Of a DNA stretch of 64,000 nt, positions 11,143 to 18,619 are shown in pieces. Under the pieces are notes generated by a model. It saw only the letters and a list, made by a program, of their open reading frames with translations. It searched no databases and was not told where the DNA came from. Within the stretch, counting starts at the first letter, position 1, and every line of letters starts with the position of its first letter. The stretch spans positions 291 through 64,290 of the forward strand of contig JAOTVL010000004.1 in assembly GCA_029863525.1 (NCBI GenBank). The letters run 5' to 3'. Origin of the DNA: Gemmatimonadota bacterium (GTDB taxonomy: Bacteria; Gemmatimonadota; Gemmatimonadetes; Longimicrobiales; Gaopeijiaceae). A program made the translations under genes and the position numbers.

Positions 11143-12606
11143 GTGGAAGACGTGTACGGAACCGTCGTCGTCGTCGAGGACGATCCGGCTCAGCGGACGA
11201 TCCTCGATCGATGGCTGACCGCGGAGGGTCACGAGGTCGCTCTCTTCCCCGACGGCGAGTCGTGCCTGAAGGGGCTCTCGGGCACCCTGCCCGACGTCGT
11301 TTGTCTCGACCTGCGGCTGCCGGGAATCGACGGATTGGAGACGCTGGACAGGATCCGGGCCCACCACCCGAAGCTTCCGGTCATCATGCTCACCGCCGAG
11401 GAGTCGCTGGAGCCGGTTGTCGCGTCGATACGCCTCGGTGCCTTCGAGTACCTGCAGAAACCGGTGGAGCGCCAGAAGCTCCTGACGACGGTGAGAAACG
11501 CGATCGTGCTGGCTCAGATGGAGGTTCGGCTGACGCAGCTCCAGCACGAGGTGGAGGGGTGGAACTATCCCGACATCGTGGGCCGGAGCGAACGAATGAA
11601 GCGCCTCTTCCGGCAAATGGACCGAGTCGCCCCCACGGACGTTTCGGTCCTCATCCAGGGTGAGAGCGGCACGGGAAAGGAGCTCGTGGGTCGGGCACTG
11701 CACGACGCGAGCGCCCGTGCCACCGGACCGTACGTCGCACTCAACTGCGCCGCGATCCCGGAGTCGCTTCAGGAGTCCGAGCTGTTCGGACACGAGAAGG
11801 GCGCCTTCACCGGCGCGACCCAGCGCCGGGAGGGGCGGTTCGAGCAGGCGAACGGGGGCACGCTTTTCCTGGACGAGATCGCGGAGCTGGCCCCGGGCAT
11901 GCAGGCCAAGCTGCTACGAGCCATCCAGGAGCAGCGCTTCTTCCGCGTCGGCGGGTCCAAAGAGGTCGCATCGGATTTCCGCCTCCTGACGGCGACCCAC
12001 CGGAATCTGGCTCAAGAGGTCCGGGCGGGGCGGTTCCGCGAGGACCTCTTCTTCCGACTCGCGGTCCTCGAAATCGAGGTGCCCGCCCTACGCGAACGCG
12101 GAGACGACGTGGCTCTGCTGGCGTCACACTTCGCGCACGCCATGGGCGTCAAGACGAACGGAACGCCTTCTCGGGTCACCGGTCAGGCGCTCGACGCGAT
12201 CAAGGCCTACGGCTGGCCGGGCAACGTCCGGGAGCTTCAGAACGCGATCCAGCGGGCAGTAGTCCTCGCGGAAGACGACCAGATCGGACTGGACGCGCTT
12301 CCGCCGAAGGTGAGGGCAGCCGGACGCGGAGACATCGCGCCCGACGCCGATGCGGCTGCCGACCGAAGCGAAGTTCGGGGCGGCCCCGGCGAAGTGGTTG
12401 GGGGAGCGACCATCACGCCCCCCGCTCGGCACTGGCCCGATTTGATCCCCGACCAGTCGCTCGACGCGATCGAGGGGAAGGTCATCGCGAGCATGATCCA
12501 ACGTCACGCGGGAAACCTGTCCGAGGTGGCGAGAGTCCTCGAAATCTCTCGCTCGACCCTGTACCGCAAGATGGCCGCACACGGTATCTCGAGGAGAGAG
12601 AGCTGA
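11143..12606 (+). CDS. sigma-54-dependent response regulator (NtrC family: REC, AAA+, Fis-type HTH)
   Basis: REC VVVVEDDPAQ...VCLDLRLPGIDG. Walker A GESGTGKE, GAFTGA motif (EKGAFTGA), LFLDEI. C-terminal HTH LSEVARVLEISRSTLYRKM. The GTG at 11143 is preceded by AGGGAG; the track start is the TTG at 11116. Confidence 0.93.
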   Translation: MEDVYGTVVVVEDDPAQRTILDRWLTAEGHEVALFPDGESCLKGLSGTLPDVVCLDLRLPGIDGLETLDRIRAHHPKLPVIMLTAEESLEPVVASIRLGAFEYLQKPVERQKLLTTVRNAIVLAQMEVRLTQLQHEVEGWNYPDIVGRSERMKRLFRQMDRVAPTDVSVLIQGESGTGKELVGRALHDASARATGPYVALNCAAIPESLQESELFGHEKGAFTGATQRREGRFEQANGGTLFLDEIAELAPGMQAKLLRAIQEQRFFRVGGSKEVASDFRLLTATHRNLAQEVRAGRFREDLFFRLAVLEIEVPALRERGDDVALLASHFAHAMGVKTNGTPSRVTGQALDAIKAYGWPGNVRELQNAIQRAVVLAEDDQIGLDALPPKVRAAGRGDIAPDADAAADRSEVRGGPGEVVGGATITPPARHWPDLIPDQSLDAIEGKVIASMIQRHAGNLSEVARVLEISRSTLYRKMAAHGISRRES

Positions 12607-12608
12607 TC

Positions 12609-14306
12609 ATGCGTACCGCGGAATGGCTCTCCGATGCCTCGACCGCCCAGGGGGTGGACGAGGGCGCGCGCGTGGTTCTTCGAAATGCCGTCGAGCCCTT
12701 GGCATTACTCGATGCTGACGGCCGTGTACGCGACCACAACCAGGCCATGGCAGCGCTCCTCGCCCCAGATGGCCCATCGATCGTCGGGCGCCGCGCGTGG
12801 GACTTCGCTCACTCGCGCCACCGAGCGGGGCTCCGCTCATGCTTCGCGGCGTGCCTGTCCGGTCCGGGCCCTGCACCCGAGACGCGGCTCCGCTTGAGCC
12901 ACCGTGACTCCACCGAGCATGTCCTGCAGATCCGATTGACGAACTGTATCGGAACACCCGGGCTCGATGGCGTCCTTCTCAGCCTGCGGGACGTGGGTCG
13001 GCTGACCCAAGCGGAGCAACGGCTGCTCCACAGCGCGGTCCACGATCGAACGACTGGGCTTCCTGGACGCCCGATCCTCATGGACCGAATCGCCAAGGCC
13101 TCCGTCCACGGACTGCCAGTGAGCGTCTTGATCCTCGAGGTCGAGGGCTTCGCTTCGGTTCGGGGTGGGTGGGGTCTGTCGAGTGGGGACGATTTCCTGG
13201 TCGCTCTGTCCGACCGAATCCGGTCGCTGCTCGAACCCACGGACCTGATCGCGCGTCTGGAGGGTGATCAGCTCGGCCTCCTCCTCTTCGGCCGGAGCGA
13301 GGAAGCCGCGGTGGACGTGGCACGGTCGATTCAGCTTTCCCTTCGGCAGCCGGTGTCGGCGAACGGTCGAAGCGCGCGGTGTTCGGTTCGGGTCGGGATC
13401 TCCCCGCCCGGTGATCCGGGATCGGAAGCGGGCGAGCGAATCCGCCATGCATCGCTGGCGTGTCGGCGACCGGTTCACGAAGGCTCCACGACCGTGGCCG
13501 TGTACGGCCCGGAGATGGACGATTCCGTCAACGAGCGGATGGACGTGGAAACCGGCCTCCGCAGAGCCCTGACCAGCGGCGGAGAGCTGGAAGCCCACTA
13601 TCAACCCCTGGTCGAGCTGCACTCCCGCCGAATCGTGGCCTTCGAGGCGCTGATACGGTGGCGACACCCACAGCGCGGCCTGCTCGGCGCCGGCGCTTTC
13701 GTGCCTTTCGCCGAGGAGAGCGAGTTGATCGTCGAGCTCGGCTGGTGGATGCTGGATGACATCTGCGCGGAATTGGGGCGGCGGGCGATCGCGGCAGAAG
13801 CGGTCGTGCCGGTCCACGTGAATGTGGCTCCGGCCCAGGTCGCGAGCGGCGAGCTCGTCCGACGGGTCACAGAAGCCCTCGAGCGGCACCGCTGCCCCGT
13901 GGAACTTCTCCATCTGGAGCTTACGGAGTCAGCGACGGGGCTCTCACCAGAAGCCGTCGCCAGGACGCTCGAGGAGCTTCGGTCACTGGGCGTCCGCTTG
14001 GCGATCGACGACTTCGGCACCGGGCACTCCTCCCTCAGCTACCTCCATCGGCTGCCCGCGGACGTGCTGAAGATCGATCGATCGTTCGTGAGCGGGATCG
14101 CCCCCGATGCGCGTCAGGAGCCCCTGGTCCGTAGCATCATCGCCGTAGCTCAGCAGCTTCATCTGAAGGTCGTCGCCGAGGGAATCGAGACCGAGGCGGA
14201 GGCCCAGGCGCTGCAGGGACTCGGCTGCGACTTCGGTCAGGGGTACCTGTTCTCGAAGCCCGTCCCGCTCGCCACTGCGTATTCGTTGCTGGACGGTGCG
14301 ACGTGA
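12609..14306 (+). CDS. PAS / degenerate GGDEF / EAL protein (probable c-di-GMP phosphodiesterase)
   Basis: The GGDEF position reads LEGDQLG (degenerate). EAL motifs are intact: FEALIRW, DDFGTGHSSLSYL, KIDRSF, VVAEGIETE, GQGYLF. Confidence 0.9.
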   Translation: MRTAEWLSDASTAQGVDEGARVVLRNAVEPLALLDADGRVRDHNQAMAALLAPDGPSIVGRRAWDFAHSRHRAGLRSCFAACLSGPGPAPETRLRLSHRDSTEHVLQIRLTNCIGTPGLDGVLLSLRDVGRLTQAEQRLLHSAVHDRTTGLPGRPILMDRIAKASVHGLPVSVLILEVEGFASVRGGWGLSSGDDFLVALSDRIRSLLEPTDLIARLEGDQLGLLLFGRSEEAAVDVARSIQLSLRQPVSANGRSARCSVRVGISPPGDPGSEAGERIRHASLACRRPVHEGSTTVAVYGPEMDDSVNERMDVETGLRRALTSGGELEAHYQPLVELHSRRIVAFEALIRWRHPQRGLLGAGAFVPFAEESELIVELGWWMLDDICAELGRRAIAAEAVVPVHVNVAPAQVASGELVRRVTEALERHRCPVELLHLELTESATGLSPEAVARTLEELRSLGVRLAIDDFGTGHSSLSYLHRLPADVLKIDRSFVSGIAPDARQEPLVRSIIAVAQQLHLKVVAEGIETEAEAQALQGLGCDFGQGYLFSKPVPLATAYSLLDGAT

Positions 14307-14347
14307 TCCGGCGGAAGCTCGAGCGTGCTCCCGGAAAGCATGCCGAC

Positions 14348-14695
14348 TCAGGAAGGAGGCAGATCGAGAATGAACGAGAGGCCGACGCCGTCCTGCCTCG
14401 GATAGTACTTGAACTCGACGCTGTCTTCCCGATGCTGCCACGAGTCGAGCTCGGTGTCGAAGGTACGAAGCCCGTGGAAGTCACGGATCTCCAACCAGAA
14501 GGTCTCTTTTCCATCGGGGTAGCGGACGCACGAGAGCGCGAATCGCTCCTCGGCCCCTCGTTCGAGCGAATGCCGGACCGTCGTGTAGACTTCCCGGTCA
14601 TCTCGGCGGATCGTCTCTTCCTCGACCTGGACGGTGAATCCACGGGAGGAGAAGAAGTCCACGGTGCCGCGAAGGTATTCGAACGACATCTGCAT
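14348..14695 (-). CDS. hypothetical soluble protein (115 aa), third gene of a small-ORF trio
   Basis: The composition looks like a real protein (aromatic-rich, not Arg/Pro-biased) and third codon positions are strongly G/C. It starts 6 nt after the stop of the upstream small ORF. Confidence 0.65.
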   Translation of the reverse strand: MQMSFEYLRGTVDFFSSRGFTVQVEEETIRRDDREVYTTVRHSLERGAEERFALSCVRYPDGKETFWLEIRDFHGLRTFDTELDSWQHREDSVEFKYYPRQDGVGLSFILDLPPS

Positions 14696-14701
14696 GGGCG
14701 A

Positions 14702-14899
14702 TCAGCCCACGAAGTTCCAGAGAAGCATCTGGCGAACGAGAAGCGCGCCAGCCAACAGCTCCAGAACGAGAATCACCCGATAGAACAGGAGCCGCTCTCG
14801 CTCGATATCGAGCGAGACGTCGAGGCGGAACTCGACATCGTCCGCCGGGAGCTCTTGCGTCGTCGCCTCGATCGGATCGGGTCGACGCTCGGAGGTCAC
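14702..14899 (-). CDS. hypothetical small membrane protein (65 aa, one TM helix)
   Basis: Its GTG start overlaps the upstream stop as GTGA (translational coupling) and is preceded by GGTGGAG. TM segment LLFYRVILVLELLAGALLV. Confidence 0.5.
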   Translation of the reverse strand: MTSERRPDPIEATTQELPADDVEFRLDVSLDIERERLLFYRVILVLELLAGALLVRQMLLWNFVG

Positions 14900-15069
14900 G
14901 ACTCCACCGCCGGTGGGGATCCCGGCACATCCGACGCGCCCCGGCTCAAAACCAGCCCGGTCAACGCGAGGACCTCGATGACCAATACCGCGACCACCAG
15001 GCGCCGGTGCCAGGACACCTGGCGGCGGAGGGTTCGGAGTCGCTCCTTCTTCGCTTCGATACGGTTCAT
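14896..15069 (-). CDS. hypothetical small membrane protein (57 aa, one TM helix)
   Basis: MNRIEAKKERLRTLRRQVSWHRRLVVAVLVIEVLALTGLVL... By my count about 5/6 of third codon positions are G/C. The opposite-strand frame here is Arg-rich junk. Confidence 0.5.
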   Translation of the reverse strand: MNRIEAKKERLRTLRRQVSWHRRLVVAVLVIEVLALTGLVLSRGASDVPGSPPAVES

Positions 15070-15079
15070 CCGACGGCCA

Positions 15080-17044
15080 ATGTGCCCGCTGGCGAAGCGG
15101 TTCGCCAGCGTTGTGAAGGCCGTCGCCCTCGCGCTCCTGGGTGTCGTCACCGGTCTTTCGGCGCAAGAAGTCGACGAGGTCGTGATCTCCTCGGCCCAGG
15201 TCCTCAGTGGTCGGGCCGCCCGGACAGAGATCATCATCCCGGTCTTCGGGCCCCTCGAGTCTCCCGAAGTGTCCCTCGACCTCGATTACTCGGAGATGCT
15301 CGACACCGATCGCAGCCTTCTCACGATTCAGGTCAACGATCGTCCGCTGCGAAGCATCAGGCTCTCTGAAATTGGGCGGACGCTCGCCTTCCGGTTGCCG
15401 CCTGAGGCAGGATTCCAACGCGTGTCCATCGAGGCGCGCCTCACCGTACAGGGCGATCCGTGTCTCCTCGACTACCGCGACAGCGCCTGGCTCACCCTGC
15501 TGCCCTCGAGCCGCGTCCGGTACCGGCAGGGGTCCACCGACGGGGATGATGCCACCTCCGTCGCCGTGGCCGAGATCGTGGAGCGCTGGACCGCGTCCGG
15601 TGCCACCGCGATCCAGATGGACGTGCCCGAAACGACCGACCCCGACCTGCTCCTCGCCCTCGTCGACATCGACCACCTCGTACGAGGCTGGGGACTCGAG
15701 CCCCGTTACGACGGTCCGATGGGCCGGGGTGAGCCGCGGCTCCAAGTCACGATCGGGGTCGCGGAGGCCGAATCGCCGTGGCAGAGCGCAGCAGGCCCGG
15801 ACGAGATCGCTGGAATCGCGCGCGCGGAGGGCACGTTCCTCGAGCTCCATGCGCATCGACCCGATGGGATCAGCAGAATGGCGCAGCTACTGGGGGATCC
15901 CGAAGCCTACCGCCTCTGCCCGGGCTCCACCTGCATGGTGGGCGCGAGCTTCCGGGCATCGGGCACGGAGGCGCCCAGCCCTCGCGACCGAGGAGCCGCC
16001 TACGACCTGGTCGATGCCGGATTCCCGGAGGGCTGGGTGGCAGCGGGCGCCGGACGTCATCAACTCCAGATGGTATGGCCACGGCCGCCCTGGTGGCGCC
16101 TCCACCGCTGGCCGGAGCTCAGGCTCCGGGCTCGCGTCGCCTCACCCGACGACGACGACTCACGCCTCACCGTTCACCTCAATGGTCAACCACTCGCCTC
16201 CTACGCCCTCTCGGAACGGGAGAATGACGTGGTCGCGCTCTCGGTGCGGATTCCTCCACAGTTCTGGACCGCGGACGAGTGGATCATCCAGGTAGCCGCC
16301 CGGCTCGAGGAGAGCCGAGAGAGCTGCGTAGCCGCCGACCCCGACGCCCTGTGGATGGTGCTGGAGCCCGAGTCGGGGCTGTACGTGCCGAGGACGGAGG
16401 AGCGATTCGACGGCATCGCCGAATACCACGAATTCGGGCGGGTTCCGACCCTGACGGGCGATCCGACCATCTTCTCCGACCACTTTGCCAACGTTGCCGC
16501 CGTCCTGTATCCGTACCGCGCGCGCATGGACGCTTCCAGGGGCTTCCTCTGGGATCCGGAGTGTGACGACGACTGCCTGGAGCTGGTCCCGGTGGGCAGT
16601 GGACGCGCCACCGGCAGCATCGTGGAAGCGGGCGAGATGTGGGTGCTGGATCGGTCGGGTGCCCTGAGGATTCCGCTGTTGCCGGAGCCCGGTCACTATC
16701 AGCTCGCGCGCACGGAAGTGGGTCTGCTTCTGGCCGCTCCCAGGGCGCAAGCAGAGGTGACCGTGCCCGACTTCTCCGCGCTTCTGGGACCATGGGCCCT
16801 CTTCGTGAACGGATCCTGGGTCGCCAGGGAGGCCGACGCGCCGACGGGGTTGGTCGAAGTCGGTCCGACCGGAGAGGAGACACTCCTCCTGAGCGAGGAG
16901 CAACAGCGGGCCCGCTTCGTCAACTTCCTCTGGCTCTGCGTCGTCATCGCGAGCGCGGCGGGAGGATCGTTCTGGATCTGGCGTACCTCCCGAGACCGCG
17001 CGAGCGAACCGTCGGACCACGTCGAGTTCTCGCGTGACCACTGA
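15080..17044 (+). CDS. BcsB-like periplasmic synthase subunit (signal peptide, two repeat modules, C-terminal TM anchor)
   Basis: Signal peptide MCPLAKRFASVVKAVALALLGVVTGLSAQ. Two ...L-x-[IV]-x-[LV]N-[DG]-x-P-L-x-S-x-x-LSE modules (LLTIQVNDRPLRSIRLSE and LTVHLNGQPLASYALSE). C-terminal helix FVNFLWLCVVIASAAGGSFWIW. The gene call is solid; the BcsB-like assignment is tentative. Confidence 0.5.
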   Translation: MCPLAKRFASVVKAVALALLGVVTGLSAQEVDEVVISSAQVLSGRAARTEIIIPVFGPLESPEVSLDLDYSEMLDTDRSLLTIQVNDRPLRSIRLSEIGRTLAFRLPPEAGFQRVSIEARLTVQGDPCLLDYRDSAWLTLLPSSRVRYRQGSTDGDDATSVAVAEIVERWTASGATAIQMDVPETTDPDLLLALVDIDHLVRGWGLEPRYDGPMGRGEPRLQVTIGVAEAESPWQSAAGPDEIAGIARAEGTFLELHAHRPDGISRMAQLLGDPEAYRLCPGSTCMVGASFRASGTEAPSPRDRGAAYDLVDAGFPEGWVAAGAGRHQLQMVWPRPPWWRLHRWPELRLRARVASPDDDDSRLTVHLNGQPLASYALSERENDVVALSVRIPPQFWTADEWIIQVAARLEESRESCVAADPDALWMVLEPESGLYVPRTEERFDGIAEYHEFGRVPTLTGDPTIFSDHFANVAAVLYPYRARMDASRGFLWDPECDDDCLELVPVGSGRATGSIVEAGEMWVLDRSGALRIPLLPEPGHYQLARTEVGLLLAAPRAQAEVTVPDFSALLGPWALFVNGSWVAREADAPTGLVEVGPTGEETLLLSEEQQRARFVNFLWLCVVIASAAGGSFWIWRTSRDRASEPSDHVEFSRDH

Positions 17045-18512
17045 TGCGGCCCTCATGCTGGTCGCGGCGCTCGCCACGATGCTCGTCGTGGTCGCGGCGC
17101 TTCCGGTCCTGACCGGACTCTTCCAATTCATCCTCGTCGGCGGCTCGGTCTTCCACACGCACCTGGACAAAGCGGGGCCGACGACGCCGCGGGTCAGCGT
17201 CCTGATTCCGGCATGGAACGAGGCCGCGGTCATCGGAACGACGATCGATCGACTCATGCGGCTCCGGTACCCACTCGACCGCCTCCGCATCTACGTCGTG
17301 GACGACGCTTCGTCGGACGAGACTCCGAGCGTGGTCATCGGCAAGATGAAGGAGTACCCCGGCAACGTCTTCCACATTCGTCGGGTCGACGGAGGTGAGG
17401 GGAAGGCTCACACGCTCAACTACGGCCTCGACGTGCTCTGGCGAAGCGACTGGACCGAGGCCGTGCTCGTAATGGACGCCGACGTCTTCTATACGCCGGA
17501 ATCCCTGCTCAAGATGGCGCGGCACCTCCACGATCCGGAGATCGGCGCGGTGACGGCGTATATCAAGGAAGGGAGCCGGTCACCCAACTACGTCCAGCGC
17601 TTCGTGACCTTCGAATACATCACCGCCACGGGCGCGTCACGACGAGCGCAAAACCTGCTGCAGTTTTTGGCGTGCCTTTCGGGGGGAGCCCAATTGCACT
17701 CACGCGAGAACCTCGTGGCGATCGGTGGGCAGATCTTCTCGAACACGTTGGCCGAAGACACCTTCACCACGTTTCGAACGCAGCTCCGAGGGCGGAGGGC
17801 GATCTTCGAGCCGAACGCGGTCGTTTACGCCGAAGAGCCCGACACGCTGGATGGTCTATGGAAGCAGCGGATCCGCTGGGGTCGAGGCAACGTTCAGATC
17901 ACGTCCGTCTTTCGAGACCTGTGGTTCAATCGAAAGGCCCACGCGTCCATGGGGTCGCTGGCCATGGCGCTCCTTTGGTTTTCGATCTTCCTCATGCCGA
18001 TGTTCCAGATCGGCGCGTCCATCGGCCTGTTCGCGCTCTATTTTCTGGACGAGGGTGCTGCGTGGAATCTGTTCAACCTCTTCTGGATCATTTCGGGAGT
18101 GGTCTACCTGGTGGTCACTTTGATTTCGCTCTCAGTGGATCCGGAGTCGGCGCGGAAGTCGTGGCTCGAAGGCATACTCTTCCCCGGCCTCGTCTCCCTG
18201 CTGATCATCGCGCACAGCCTCTTCCCTCCCGCTTTCGCTCCCGCCGCCGAGTGGCTCGCTCTGGACCGGGACGGATGGGTCGCGACGGTCCTGACGCTCT
18301 GCCTCTACGCCTGGATCAGCGCAAGCATGGCCGTGTCGTACGCGGCCAAGTGGTGGGAAACGCGCGGACACCCTCGGCTCGCAAGGGCATTTCTCTACGT
18401 CGGCGGCTACGGTGCGTTCCTGTGCGCGGTCACCGTCGGCGCCTACGTCATGGAGATCGGCGGCGCCGAGATGACGTGGGAAAAGACGGAGAAGACCGGA
18501 AAAATCGGTTGA
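17034..18512 (+). CDS. processive family-2 glycosyltransferase (cellulose / PNAG / chitin-synthase-like), no PilZ domain
   Basis: VLIPAWNE, VVDDASSDET, MDADV and the Q-x-x-RW motif (QRIRWGRGN). Multiple TM helices flank the catalytic domain. The GTG start overlaps the previous gene by 11 nt. Confidence 0.88.
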   Translation: MTTDAALMLVAALATMLVVVAALPVLTGLFQFILVGGSVFHTHLDKAGPTTPRVSVLIPAWNEAAVIGTTIDRLMRLRYPLDRLRIYVVDDASSDETPSVVIGKMKEYPGNVFHIRRVDGGEGKAHTLNYGLDVLWRSDWTEAVLVMDADVFYTPESLLKMARHLHDPEIGAVTAYIKEGSRSPNYVQRFVTFEYITATGASRRAQNLLQFLACLSGGAQLHSRENLVAIGGQIFSNTLAEDTFTTFRTQLRGRRAIFEPNAVVYAEEPDTLDGLWKQRIRWGRGNVQITSVFRDLWFNRKAHASMGSLAMALLWFSIFLMPMFQIGASIGLFALYFLDEGAAWNLFNLFWIISGVVYLVVTLISLSVDPESARKSWLEGILFPGLVSLLIIAHSLFPPAFAPAAEWLALDRDGWVATVLTLCLYAWISASMAVSYAAKWWETRGHPRLARAFLYVGGYGAFLCAVTVGAYVMEIGGAEMTWEKTEKTGKIG

Positions 18513-18619
18513 GCCTTGCGTCCGCGCGTCGCTTGGCGGGAGGCGTTTGACACCCTCGAAATCCGGCTCGATCTTGCCCGTCCGCCGCGCGTTCGCCTCC
18601 AAGAACCGGATGACAGCCA

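Noticed and set aside
14303-15079. N-terminal 259 codons of the 913-aa plus-strand ORF
   Set aside because: The translation is Arg/Glu/Leu-rich and has no recognisable features. It is antisense to three ORFs with much better codon bias. A clean signal peptide starts at the ATG at 15080, so I treated it as a shadow extension.
18547-18575. Sigma-70-like promoter (TTGACA-N17-GATCTT) upstream of the BNR gene
   Set aside because: The -35 match is perfect but the -10 is poor, and promoter consensus in this lineage is uncertain. This is not enough to call.
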